Positions 1 to 9,291 of a stretch of DNA of 64,000 nt are shown here, piece by piece (position 1 is the stretch's first letter; every line of letters starts with the position of its first letter). Source of the DNA: Bythopirellula sp. (GTDB lineage: Bacteria > Planctomycetota > Planctomycetia > Pirellulales > Lacipirellulaceae); the NCBI GenBank assembly GCA_965216565.1, contig OZ244170.1:3072001-3136000 (forward strand). The letters are read 5' to 3'. Below the pieces are notes generated by a model that saw nothing but the letters and a program-made list of their open reading frames with translations, was not told where the DNA came from and did not search any database. Position numbers and translations under genes: made by a program.

Positions 1-1220
1 ACTAGTGTCTCAGTCGCGTGGGAGTGCGGGGTGCCCTCGAAGATTTCCATCGCCGTGGTATGGCAATCGCCACAGGCAGCCGAGCCCACGAACTGCCCAT
101 CGGGATTCTTCACGCCTGTGATTCCCAATCCGTCGAGGCCCGTGTCGCGGAGTTCGTTTTGATACGTGGCCAACATCTGCTTCATGTCCGGCGAATCGTC
201 AAACCGATGATCCAACGGCACGCGCTGATATTTCACCGGCTCGTCCGGGTCGTCGTAAATCCCCAGCACAATCACATACATGCCCTTGTGGCCCGACTCG
301 ATGAGCTGCGTTTCTGTGCCCTCAATCAACTTCGTCCGCAGCGGCGGTTCGCTCGCGCCGGCGGTGGTAATCAGATCGAACTGCGGAAACTGCTTCGCCA
401 GCGGTGCGGCTTCGTTCGGGTCGGCACTTGTCATTAGCACCAGCAAATCGCAGTTCTCTTTTTCAAGTTGGGGCATGACCTTCCGCAGTGCTTCGGCTGG
501 ATCTTGCCACAGGACATCGGAGCTGTTCTTGATCGCAAGCTTATGCTTTTCGACCAAGATCGAGGTGATGCCGATGCGTTTGCCCCCGGCTTCGACCACG
601 CGATACGGCTTGGTAAAGGGACTCGACGAATCGAACAACGAAATATTTGCCGAGACCAGTGGGTTTTGTTCCGCGTCGAGGTTCGCCAGCACAAACAGCA
701 GCGAGTCGCTACTAAGTTGCAGTTCTCGGGCACCCAGGCCAATCGCCTGATAGCCTAGCTTCATCAGCGATTCGAGGGCGTATCGATATTTGATTTCCGA
801 CTGCGGACCGACGCGCCGCACCATGCCGCCCGAATCGAGCTTCACCAGCGGCCAGCCATCGGCCTCCAACTTCTTAATCAACGTGTGGCGACGCTTGAGG
901 CCTCCCAGTTGATTGTCCAGTCCCGCACAACCGCACGGTTCGAGAAAGCCATCCATATCTCCGGAGAACATCAACGCAAACTGAGGCTTGGTCCAACCTT
1001 CGAAAATTGGGCCATTGCGTTTGACGGGGTCATTGTCTTCAGCACTTTTTCCGTAGCCTCCGTCATCCGTACTCGTATCAATCGATTCGGCATCCACAGA
1101 ATCGGCCTCCGCCTGACTCGATTCGCTACCAGGGAGCGTGATGGCCGCGAACGCACCCAATGCGAAAACGAGGAAGCCGCCGCAGAAAATTTGTTGCCCA
1201 AGTGCGCCAGATGTTTGCAT
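1..1220 (-). CDS. Exported c-type cytochrome (c554-like, probably multiheme) with N-terminal UshA/5'-nucleotidase-like domain; runs off the left edge
   Basis: Not in the ORF track. Manual translation from ATG at 1220: MQTSGALGQQIFCGGFLVFALGAFAAITLPG...FSGDMDGFLEPCGCAGLDNQLGGLKRR..., later FVGSAACGDCH (CxxCH near nt 60-75) followed by TPHSHA. Confidence 0.8.
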   Translation of the reverse strand, partial: MQTSGALGQQIFCGGFLVFALGAFAAITLPGSESSQAEADSVDAESIDTSTDDGGYGKSAEDNDPVKRNGPIFEGWTKPQFALMFSGDMDGFLEPCGCAGLDNQLGGLKRRHTLIKKLEADGWPLVKLDSGGMVRRVGPQSEIKYRYALESLMKLGYQAIGLGARELQLSSDSLLFVLANLDAEQNPLVSANISLFDSSSPFTKPYRVVEAGGKRIGITSILVEKHKLAIKNSSDVLWQDPAEALRKVMPQLEKENCDLLVLMTSADPNEAAPLAKQFPQFDLITTAGASEPPLRTKLIEGTETQLIESGHKGMYVIVLGIYDDPDEPVKYQRVPLDHRFDDSPDMKQMLATYQNELRDTGLDGLGITGVKNPDGQFVGSAACGDCHTTAMEIFEGTPHSHATETL

Positions 1221-1410
1221 TGCAAGTCGCCGTGATTACCAAGGAGCCAGACTAGGATTCGACTGCACCAATCGTACCCTCTGAGCAGAGTTTCGACCAG
1301 CGATGTCACGGGGAGGGGCTAGGTGCTAGAGACTCGGGGCTAGCTGCTGCGTCGTGAATCCTGCAGAGCACTCGTAGGAATTTCAATCGAGGAAAAACAA
1401 CTTCTCCTAT

Positions 1411-1448
1411 GTCCCTCGCCCCTTTGGGGAGAGGCTATGGTGAGGGGA
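1411..1448. repeat. CCCTC...GGGGAGAGGG-type palindromic intergenic repeat
   Basis: gtccctcgcccctttggggagaggctatggtgagggg; same family as 15772-15863. Confidence 0.5.
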
Positions 1449-1522
1449 GCAATAAACACGGAAGTTGTTTTTCCTCGATTCCTTACCTTCAAATCTGCAA
1501 CCGAGCATACGGTTCGCAGATC

Positions 1523-2689
1523 TTACGGCTCGACGGTAAAGTGCACGCGAAGCTGCACTTCCTTGGCTTTCGGATGCGTGGTTCTCAAAACGACCAGTGC
1601 ATCGCTGCTAGCTGGCTCGCCGAGGCGCACCATCGGTGGCGTCCCTGGGGGGATCTCCAGAATCAACGGCACATGGACCAACTCGTCGCCGATCTCTTCG
1701 CGTTGGCCCAGGGTCGCTTTGAGTTGGTGCGGAATGGTTTTAATTACCTCGATCTCGGTTGCCTGGGCATGCTCGCCACGTGTGGAAACGATCAGCCGAG
1801 CCTGTTTTCCTTTGCTGCTAGAAACTGAACCCATCCGCAAGAGCCCCTTTTCCGGAAGCCAGCCGCGACCAAATATCGATATGTCCCCGACCGTATTTCC
1901 GGCCGTAAAGATGCTCAACCGAGCTGCCTTCTCCAGATTTGTTTCGATCCCAATCCAGCCCATGAATCGGCCAATCGTGCGATCCGCTTGTAATGTTGCC
2001 TTCACTTTCACCGCACCAACGGCGTCGGGCACTGGGAACTCCTCTGGCGCAACAGGGACGAACTCCAGTTTTATTTGATCCGCTAGATCTGGATCGCCGA
2101 TCAGGTAGTCGGTCACCTCGACTTCTTCTTGAAAGCGGGAGAGAATAAATAGCTCCGCCGTGGCTTCCTCGCCGGCAGAGACTTCTCCGAATAGCAACTC
2201 CCCGGGAATTACCGACGTCGACTCCACAACGTCTCCCTCCACCGTCAGTGTGATACTGAGATTCTTGGGATCATTGGTGGAAAGGGTCGCCCCGTGGCGA
2301 AACGGACCGACTGCCGTCTTCGCGGTCCACTCCAGCAGGACATCGGTTTCGGCGCCGGGGGCAAGTTGATTGTCTTGCAAATCGCCCACCGTGCATTTGC
2401 AGGTAGTGCTTGCCACCGCCAGCATCAAGGGACGCTTACCGACGTTACGGACCTTAAACGCATGACTGAGCGTTGTGCCCTGCTCCATGTTGCCAAAGTT
2501 ATAGAGCTGCTCGGGGACTTCTGCTTCAGGCCGAACATCGGTATCGATGGGCTCCGCATCGTCGGATTTATCTTCGAGGCTCAATGGGTGAACCACCGTC
2601 CAAGGCTGGGCCTGGTAATAACCCAACACAGCACCGAGCCCCAAACCAACGAGGACCGCACTAACAATCAATTGCAGCAATGAACGCAT
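1523..2689 (-). CDS. DUF1573 domain-containing exported protein
   Basis: N-terminal hydrophobic anchor; YNFGNMEQG..HAFKVRNVG..STTCKCT..LAPG Ig-like DUF1573 motif. Confidence 0.8.
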   Translation of the reverse strand: MRSLLQLIVSAVLVGLGLGAVLGYYQAQPWTVVHPLSLEDKSDDAEPIDTDVRPEAEVPEQLYNFGNMEQGTTLSHAFKVRNVGKRPLMLAVASTTCKCTVGDLQDNQLAPGAETDVLLEWTAKTAVGPFRHGATLSTNDPKNLSITLTVEGDVVESTSVIPGELLFGEVSAGEEATAELFILSRFQEEVEVTDYLIGDPDLADQIKLEFVPVAPEEFPVPDAVGAVKVKATLQADRTIGRFMGWIGIETNLEKAARLSIFTAGNTVGDISIFGRGWLPEKGLLRMGSVSSSKGKQARLIVSTRGEHAQATEIEVIKTIPHQLKATLGQREEIGDELVHVPLILEIPPGTPPMVRLGEPASSDALVVLRTTHPKAKEVQLRVHFTVEP

Positions 2690-2771
2690 AAATCCGATCC
2701 CAGTTTGACGTCGAAACAGTAGATTCTAAGCTGCCTGGTTCGTGGTCGTCAATTTGCGGAGTTCGTGGCAC

Positions 2772-2799
2772 GCCTTGCCTTGCGTGGCAAGGCGGCTAG
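2772..2799. repeat. REP-like hairpin, GCGTGGC-core family
   Basis: gccttgccttgcgtggcaaggcggctag; overlaps the stop codon of the DUF4416 gene. Confidence 0.7.
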
Positions 2800-3326
2800 G
2801 CGCCGAGCCGTAAGTGCTCGCGACACTTGGTGAAGAACTGCTGAAAATCCTCGCGGCGATAGTCGGGATAGGTCCAATCGCACGCCTGCCAGTTTCCGCC
2901 GCGATACTGCAGCGTGAACTCCGCGTAGATGCCCTCCCCCAAGTAGAGCCGATGGGCGTGGTCTTTGGTCGAGGCCAGTACGAGCTTGGCCAAGGTGATG
3001 TAACCGGGGTCCAAGTTCAGCGGTCGCGGCTCTGGATGATTCGCCTCGGCGGCGTACTGCTCTTCCCAATCGTTGGTCAAACGCTTGATTCGCGCCAAGT
3101 CGCCCGGATCGATGACATTCTGAAACGCAAGAAACTGCTTCTTCAGATCGTCTCCCATCGACTCGCGATAGTAATCTGTCTCGGTGAACTCAAACGCTTC
3201 ACTCTTGAGCGCGAGCGGGCCAAACTCCGCTTGCGACTGCTTCTCAGCCCAGGCCAGCGCATGGTCGTAGCGGCTGCTGACGGCAATGAGTAGCAATGTC
3301 GGTTTTGGTTTTTGAATTGTGCCCAT
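2796..3326 (-). CDS. DUF4416 family protein
   Basis: FTETDYY..MG, RPLNLDPGY, KLVLASTKDHAHRLYLGEGIYAE, WTYPDY motifs. Confidence 0.85.
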   Translation of the reverse strand: MGTIQKPKPTLLLIAVSSRYDHALAWAEKQSQAEFGPLALKSEAFEFTETDYYRESMGDDLKKQFLAFQNVIDPGDLARIKRLTNDWEEQYAAEANHPEPRPLNLDPGYITLAKLVLASTKDHAHRLYLGEGIYAEFTLQYRGGNWQACDWTYPDYRREDFQQFFTKCREHLRLGA

Positions 3327-3329
3327 AAT

Positions 3330-3386
3330 ACTCCGGACCGCGTGGCGGCCCGGCTAGCCGGAGGGCCACGCCCTCCGAAGTGCTGT
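3330..3386. repeat. REP doublet (inverted pair of hairpins) downstream of the HUH transposase
   Basis: actccggaccgcgtggcggcccggctagccggagggccacgccctccgaagtgctgt; near-identical to 3951-4009. Confidence 0.85.
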
Positions 3387-3868
3387 CAAAGAAAAAACCC
3401 TCTCGCAGCCGTCCACTTCCAACCTGAATGCTTAGGCAGATAGTTGTCCACCAAGTGAGCAAAGTGGGTCCTATCTTGCACCCACTTGCGACTACCACCC
3501 TCAGCAAGCCATTTTTTCTTGCAATACTTTTGATTGAGGCTGCGCGAAACTGATCCCTTTACGGTGCTACGCATCCGCAGCCAAGGTCGCTCGTCATTCC
3601 AGCCAATTAGCAAATGCACATGCGACGGCTCAGTCGCTAGATAGTAAATCACGAAGTCTTGTTTGTCACGCGACTCGATCAGCGATGTGAGGATCGCTCG
3701 CTGCGTATCTTCGTCAAACTCCTTAGGATCCTCGACCATCAATCCCCGATAGCGACTGGCCTCTTCTGCATCGGAAGGCAAGATGCCTTGGTGTCGTTTC
3801 ACATATCCTTGCTTGCGGTCGGGCATCCAACTGCCGTATGCGTGGTAGGTGAATAGATAGACGGGCAT
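3386..3868 (-). mobile_element. Y1 HUH tyrosine transposase (IS200/RAYT-like)
   Basis: N-terminal LFTYHAYGSWMP, HUH motif SHVHLL, candidate catalytic Tyr in C-terminal DNYL; flanked on both sides by REP doublets. Confidence 0.75.
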
Positions 3869-3898
3869 GGTGACTCCAGAGAAGACAGCAACCAGTAT

Positions 3899-3944
3899 GT
3901 GAACATTTGTACATATACTATTCGTTCGAGTGATTCGCTGTCAA
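3899..3944 (-). promoter_or_regulatory. Sigma70-type promoter with adjacent palindromic operator for the transposase gene
   Basis: Minus strand: TTGACA (3944-3939), 18 bp spacer, TAGTAT (3920-3915), then ATGTACAAATGTTCAC. Confidence 0.55.
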
Positions 3945-3950
3945 CCCTTG

Positions 3951-4009
3951 GCACTCCGGACCGCGTGGCGGTCCGGCTAGCCGGAGGGCCACGTCCTCCG
4001 GAGTGCTGT
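3951..4009. repeat. REP doublet upstream of the HUH transposase
   Basis: gcactccggaccgcgtggcggtccggctagccggagggccacgtcctccggagtgc: imperfect palindrome centred on ccggctagccgg. Confidence 0.85.
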
Positions 4010-4026
4010 TACAGTAAACCTATTCC

Positions 4027-5538
4027 CTAGTAAGCTCGCGAGAACACCGCGCGTTTTGCGCTCGGCTGTCCACTAAAAATACACGTCCCCGATTCCTCCG
4101 GCCCATCCACCGGCACGCAGCGCGCCGTCACTTTCAGCTCCTTGAGCTTCGCTTCCATCTCCGGCCCGTCGACGAAATGGCAATACGCCAGGCCGCCCGG
4201 GGCGTCCTCGGCAAAGTACTCGGCAAATGCGTCGAGATCGTCAATCGTGGTGGTCGCTTCTTCGCGAGCTGCTGCCGCGCGATCGAATAGCCCCTGCTGG
4301 ATTTCAGCAAGCATCGTTTCCACACCTGCCAAAAACTTTTCGCGTGGCGGAAACGGCTCGTCAGGCTTGCCGGCAATGTCGCGACGTCCCAAGGCCACTT
4401 TGCCCCCTTCGACATCGCGGGGGCCAACCTCAATCCGAATCGGCACGCCCCGTTTGACCCATTGCCATTTTTTCTCGCCGCCACGCATATCCCGGTCGTC
4501 CAGTCGCACGCGGATCGGTTCGCCATCGTATTGCTTGGCTTCCAATTCTTTTTTGAGCGATTCGCAATAGGCCAGCACGTCGCCACGTTGGTCGTCGCCC
4601 TTGTAGATCGGCAAAATCACCACATGAGCCGGGGCCAACTTCGGCGGCAATACTAATCCGTCGTCGTCACTATGCGTCATGATCAATCCACCTACAAGGC
4701 GCGTCGACACGCCCCACGAAGTGGTCCACGCATACACTTCCGCGCCTGTGTTGTCTTGGAATTTGATTTCCTGCGCCTTGGCAAAATTTTGACCCAAAAA
4801 GTGCGACGTCCCCGCCTGCAGCGCTTTGCGATCTTGCATCATCGCCTCGATGCTGTACGTTGCCACCGCGCCCGGGAACCGTTCGCCGGCCGTCTTCTCG
4901 CCCTTAATCACCGGCATAGCCATCGCGCTCTCGGCAAACTCTGCATACACATCAAGCATCTGCCGCGTTTCTTCCTGGGCTTCTTCGGCCGTCGCGTGCA
5001 CGGTGTGTCCTTCCTGCCACAAAAACTCGGCGGTGCGTAGAAACATCCGCGTCCGCAATTCCCAGCGCACGACGTTGGCCCATTGATTAATAAGAATCGG
5101 CAGGTCGCGATACGACTCGACCCAGCGCGAGAATGTTGCACCGATGATCGTCTCACTCGTGGGCCGTACGATCAACGGTTCGTCAAGCTCGGCAGAAGGT
5201 GCCGGGCGCAAGCCGCCCTCAGGATCGGGCTCCAGCCGATGATGGGTCACCACCGCGCACTCTTTGGCAAAACCTTCGACGTGCTCGGCTTCCTTCTCCA
5301 AAAAGCTCATCGGGATAAACAGTGGGAAGTAAGCGTTTTCGTGCCCGGTGGCTTTGAACATGTCGTCGAGCCGCTTCTGGATATTTTCCCAGATGGCATA
5401 CCCCCACGGCTTGATCACCATGCAGCCACGGACGTCGGACGTCTCCGCCAGGTCGGCCGCCTTCACGACTTGTTGATACCACTCGGGATAGTTCTCCGCG
5501 CGGGTGGGAGAAATTGCATTCTTCGGTGCTTTGGGCAT
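4027..5538 (-). CDS. proS: Proline--tRNA ligase (archaeal/eukaryote-like type)
   Basis: VRGCMVIKPWGY, VRPTSET, QWANVVRWE, FLRTAEFLWQEGHT, ALQAGTSHFLGQNF, TSWGVSTR. Confidence 0.97.
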   Translation of the reverse strand: MPKAPKNAISPTRAENYPEWYQQVVKAADLAETSDVRGCMVIKPWGYAIWENIQKRLDDMFKATGHENAYFPLFIPMSFLEKEAEHVEGFAKECAVVTHHRLEPDPEGGLRPAPSAELDEPLIVRPTSETIIGATFSRWVESYRDLPILINQWANVVRWELRTRMFLRTAEFLWQEGHTVHATAEEAQEETRQMLDVYAEFAESAMAMPVIKGEKTAGERFPGAVATYSIEAMMQDRKALQAGTSHFLGQNFAKAQEIKFQDNTGAEVYAWTTSWGVSTRLVGGLIMTHSDDDGLVLPPKLAPAHVVILPIYKGDDQRGDVLAYCESLKKELEAKQYDGEPIRVRLDDRDMRGGEKKWQWVKRGVPIRIEVGPRDVEGGKVALGRRDIAGKPDEPFPPREKFLAGVETMLAEIQQGLFDRAAAAREEATTTIDDLDAFAEYFAEDAPGGLAYCHFVDGPEMEAKLKELKVTARCVPVDGPEESGTCIFSGQPSAKRAVFSRAY

Positions 5539-5566
5539 TGGTCAGTGAGAGCTCAGAGGTCGGAGT

Positions 5567-5593
5567 CAGCCGTGTTGCCACGCAACACAAGGC
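5567..5593. repeat. REP-like hairpin, GCGTGGC-core family (reverse orientation)
   Basis: cagccgtgttgccacgcaacacaaggc. Confidence 0.65.
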
Positions 5594-5690
5594 AGCGGGA
5601 ACCCAACATTCTATGCCAAACGCTAGCGGTAGAAAATCGCAACCCCTGCCCCCCAGCGAGTGCGAGGGCATTATGTTAGGATCACCCTGA

Positions 5691-5718
5691 GCCTTGCAAT
5701 GCGTGGCATCGCGGGTAG
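5691..5718. repeat. REP-like hairpin, GCGTGGC-core family
   Basis: gccttgcaatgcgtggcatcgcgggtag. Confidence 0.65.
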
Positions 5719-5764
5719 CTGTGTCCCTAGCCTCCAGCCCCTAACTCCTAGCCCCTCTCCCCCT

Positions 5765-6736
5765 ATGTCCGAGCGTCGATACGTTAGTCAACTCGCCGAA
5801 AACGAAGCCGTCAGCCAGGTTTTCTTAGCCTCCGAAAAGCAACTTCGCCCCAATCGCAACGGCAATCTCTATCTGCAGGTCGACTTAGGCGACAAAAGCG
5901 GCTCGGTGAATACCCGCATGTGGAACGCCACCGACAACGATTACAAGGCGTTCGACAACGGCGACTACGTCCACGTCGAAGGGGCGACGCAACTGTTTCA
6001 AGGCAATATGCAGCTCATCGCCAATCGGATTCGGCGAGCGCGGCCCGATGAGGTCGACGAGAACGATTTTGTGACGCTCGAGTCGGGCGAAGTCGAAAAC
6101 ATGCGTAAACGGTTTCTGGAAATCCTCGGCAGCATTCAATCTGCTCCCTTAGCCCGACTGGCCGCGGGATTTACCAAAGACGAAGACTTCATGGAAAAAT
6201 TCTGCCGCGCGCCTGCCGGTATGAAAAACCATCACGCCTACCAAGGAGGATTGTTGGAACACGTACTCAGTTTGATGGAACTCGTTCTGGTGGTCGCCCC
6301 GCGCTATCCACAGCTTGATCGCGACAAACTGCTCATCGGCGTCCTACTCCACGATGCGGCTAAGATCGACGAGCTCGCTTACGAGCGCGACATTTCCTAC
6401 ACGGACACGGGCCAACTCCTGGGGCACATGGTGATGGGCGTCACTATGCTCGACAACAAAGTCAAACAGATCGTCCAGCAAGATGGCCTGCCTTTCCCCG
6501 ATCGATTGCTGATCGAACTCAAGCACATGATCGTCAGCCATCATGGCGAGTACGAGTACGGCAGCAGCAAACTACCGATGACGCTCGAAGCAATCGCGCT
6601 ACACCACCTCGACAACCTCGACGCAAAACTCGCCTGCTTCACGCAACTGATGAACGACTGCCCCAACACCGACAGCAACTGGACGCAATACTTCGCCCAA
6701 ATGGGAAGAAAGCTGTTCAAGCCTGCCAGCGAATAG
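5765..6736 (+). CDS. yhaM: 3'-5' exoribonuclease YhaM family (OB-fold + HD domain)
   Basis: Start moved to ATG 5765 (MSERRYV). OB-fold, then APAGMKNHHAYQGGLLEH, LLHD, SHHG, DNLDAK. Confidence 0.88.
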   Translation: MSERRYVSQLAENEAVSQVFLASEKQLRPNRNGNLYLQVDLGDKSGSVNTRMWNATDNDYKAFDNGDYVHVEGATQLFQGNMQLIANRIRRARPDEVDENDFVTLESGEVENMRKRFLEILGSIQSAPLARLAAGFTKDEDFMEKFCRAPAGMKNHHAYQGGLLEHVLSLMELVLVVAPRYPQLDRDKLLIGVLLHDAAKIDELAYERDISYTDTGQLLGHMVMGVTMLDNKVKQIVQQDGLPFPDRLLIELKHMIVSHHGEYEYGSSKLPMTLEAIALHHLDNLDAKLACFTQLMNDCPNTDSNWTQYFAQMGRKLFKPASE

Positions 6737-6776
6737 TCCCTTCCAACTTCAACCTTCAAACTTCCCCCTTACCCAC

Positions 6777-9083
6777 ATGTCTCTCGACGCCGCCATACTC
6801 CGTCACGTAAACGATCCCAGCTACCGCCCCGCCAAGCCGAAGGTGATTGCCAAGAAACTCGGCCTGGAAGGCGAAGATATTACACGGCTGAAGCGTTCGA
6901 TCAAGACGCTCGTCAAAGAGGGGAAACTCGCCTACGGTCCCAGCCATTTGGTTTGCCCCGTGATGGAGAGTCACCCGGCGTCGAAGGTGGGGCAGGCGCC
7001 GGCGCGGAACAAAACACCTAAGCATATTGTGGGCACGTTCCGCAGCACCGACAGTGGCTACGGTTTTGTCCGACCAGAGAACACCACGCCCTCCATGGGC
7101 CGCGATGCCGACATTTATATCCCCGCCAAGGGCACCGGCGACGCTGCCAATGGCGACACCGTGCGGATTCGCATCGGCAACAAGAAAAGTCGCCAGGGCA
7201 AAATCGAAGGCAAAATCATCGACATCGTCGAGCGGGCCACCAGTCGCTTCGTCGGCACCTATCTCATCGAAGGCGGCATGGGGTGGGTGCAAATCGATGG
7301 CAAGGTGTTCACCACCCCCATCTATGTCGGCGATCCCGGAGCCAAAGGTACGCAGCCCGATGACAAGGTCGTGGTCGATATGGTCCGCTTTCCCTCGCAC
7401 GTCCGCGATGGCGAGGGCGTGATTGTCGAAATCCTCGGCCAGCGCGGTCAGCCCGGCGTCGATACGCTATCGATCATTCACGAATACAACCTGCCCGGCG
7501 AATTCGCCGACGACGCCATTGAAAATTCCCGCAAACAGGCCGACAAATTCGACGAATCGATTCCCCGCGGTCGCAAGGATCTTACGGCCGAAACAGTGAT
7601 CACCATCGATCCCGCTACGGCCCGCGACTTCGACGATGCCATTTCGTTAGAGCGGCTCGACAATGGTCATTGGCAGTTAGGTGTCCACATCGCGGACGTT
7701 TCCCACTTCGTCCGTCCCCGGAGTGCGCTCGACCGCGAAGCCAAAGATCGGGCGACCAGCGTCTACCTGCCCGACCGCGTGATTCCGATGTTGCCGGAAA
7801 TTATCTCCAACAATCTGGCGAGTTTGCAGCCCGACAAAGTTCGCTACGCCATGACGGCGATCATCGAGTTCAGCGACGAAGGTCAGCGGATTGCCACCGA
7901 CGTCTATAAAAGTGCCATCAAGAGCTGCCGGCGGTTTACTTATGAAGAAGTCGACGAGTACCTCGCCAATCGTGCTGGCTGGAAGAAAAAACTCACCGCC
8001 GCGGTGCACGAGCTTCTGGGCAACATGCACGAGCTGGCCATGATGCTACGTCAGCGCCGAATGAAACGTGGCTCGCTGGAACTGCACATGCCCGAGTTGG
8101 AAATCGATCTCAACAAAGATGGCGAGGTCACCGGCGCCCACCTGGCGGAAAATACCGAGAGCCACCAGATCATCGAAGAATTTATGCTCGCCGCCAACGA
8201 GGCGGTGGCCGAGACGCTCGCCGACCAAGGGCTACTCTTCCTGCGTCGCGTGCATGGCAAACCCGACCCCCGCAAACTTAAAGCGCTCAACGAATTTGTT
8301 AAAGACCTGGGGTTCAAAACCGAGAGCCTCGAAAGCCGATTTGCCTTGCAGAAGCTTTTGAACGAAGTGAAAGACGATCCCCGTCAGCACGCCGTCAACT
8401 ACGCCGTGCTCCGCAGTATGCAAAAGGCGATCTACAGCCCCGAGGAAGAAGGCCATTACGCCCTGGCCAGCGATTGCTATTGCCATTTCACGTCGCCCAT
8501 TCGCCGGTATCCCGACCTCACCGTGCACCGTCTGATCGACGCCCTCAACCGTGGCAAACCGCCCGAGCAGCAGATGGACGCCCTGCTCTCCTTGGGCGAT
8601 CACTGCAGCGAGCGGGAACAACGGGCCGCCGCTGCCGAGCGAGAATTGAAGAAGGTCAAGCTGCTGTCTTATTTTCAAGATAAGGTTGGTGAAAAGCTGG
8701 AAGGCATCGTCACCGGCGTCGAAAGCTTTGGCCTGTTCATCACCGGCACCGAGATCCCCGCCGAGGGATTTGTGCACATCAGTGCACTTACCGACGACTA
8801 CTACAAATTCGATCGCGGCGGCCACATCATCAAAGGCTTCCGCACGGGCAACAGCTACCGCCTCGGCGACCGCGTGCAGGTGGCCGTCGCGTCGGTCGAC
8901 CTCGACCGCCGCGAACTCGACTTTCGCCTGCTCTCCAAAGGCGGAGGCAAACGCAGCGATAAAAAGGGCGGCAAACGCGACACGAAACGCAGCTCCAAGG
9001 GAAAAACCTCCCGCAAACCCAAAGCCCGCAGCAACCCGAAGAAAAAGAAAAAAGGCGGCAAAGGCAAACGGCGGAAGAAGTAG
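6777..9083 (+). CDS. rnr: Ribonuclease R
   Basis: TIDPATARDFDDAIS, GVHIADVSHFV, HFTSPIRRYPD, S1 domain, basic C-terminal tail. Confidence 0.97.
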   Translation: MSLDAAILRHVNDPSYRPAKPKVIAKKLGLEGEDITRLKRSIKTLVKEGKLAYGPSHLVCPVMESHPASKVGQAPARNKTPKHIVGTFRSTDSGYGFVRPENTTPSMGRDADIYIPAKGTGDAANGDTVRIRIGNKKSRQGKIEGKIIDIVERATSRFVGTYLIEGGMGWVQIDGKVFTTPIYVGDPGAKGTQPDDKVVVDMVRFPSHVRDGEGVIVEILGQRGQPGVDTLSIIHEYNLPGEFADDAIENSRKQADKFDESIPRGRKDLTAETVITIDPATARDFDDAISLERLDNGHWQLGVHIADVSHFVRPRSALDREAKDRATSVYLPDRVIPMLPEIISNNLASLQPDKVRYAMTAIIEFSDEGQRIATDVYKSAIKSCRRFTYEEVDEYLANRAGWKKKLTAAVHELLGNMHELAMMLRQRRMKRGSLELHMPELEIDLNKDGEVTGAHLAENTESHQIIEEFMLAANEAVAETLADQGLLFLRRVHGKPDPRKLKALNEFVKDLGFKTESLESRFALQKLLNEVKDDPRQHAVNYAVLRSMQKAIYSPEEEGHYALASDCYCHFTSPIRRYPDLTVHRLIDALNRGKPPEQQMDALLSLGDHCSEREQRAAAAERELKKVKLLSYFQDKVGEKLEGIVTGVESFGLFITGTEIPAEGFVHISALTDDYYKFDRGGHIIKGFRTGNSYRLGDRVQVAVASVDLDRRELDFRLLSKGGGKRSDKKGGKRDTKRSSKGKTSRKPKARSNPKKKKKGGKGKRRKK

Positions 9084-9182
9084 CTGGGTGGCTGTCGGCT
9101 ATCGGCTGTCGGCTGTCAATTGTTGTTTGGGTGGCACCGACAGTCGCTCGCAAGTGATACTATCACTGTTTAAACTTGATTC

Positions 9183-9291
9183 GAGATAAATGGGGACATG
9201 CTACTTTTTCACCTCCGATCCAGCCTCGCTGCATTATTTTAATCTCGCTTACCCCCTACTCTAGAAAAAGTAGTATGTCCTCTTTATTTCT
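9183..9291. repeat. Inverted-repeat intergenic element (GGGGACAT-type REP-like)
   Basis: ggggacatgctactttttc (9192-9210) vs gaaaaagtagtatgtcctc (9264-9282), 17 of 19 complementary. Confidence 0.6.
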
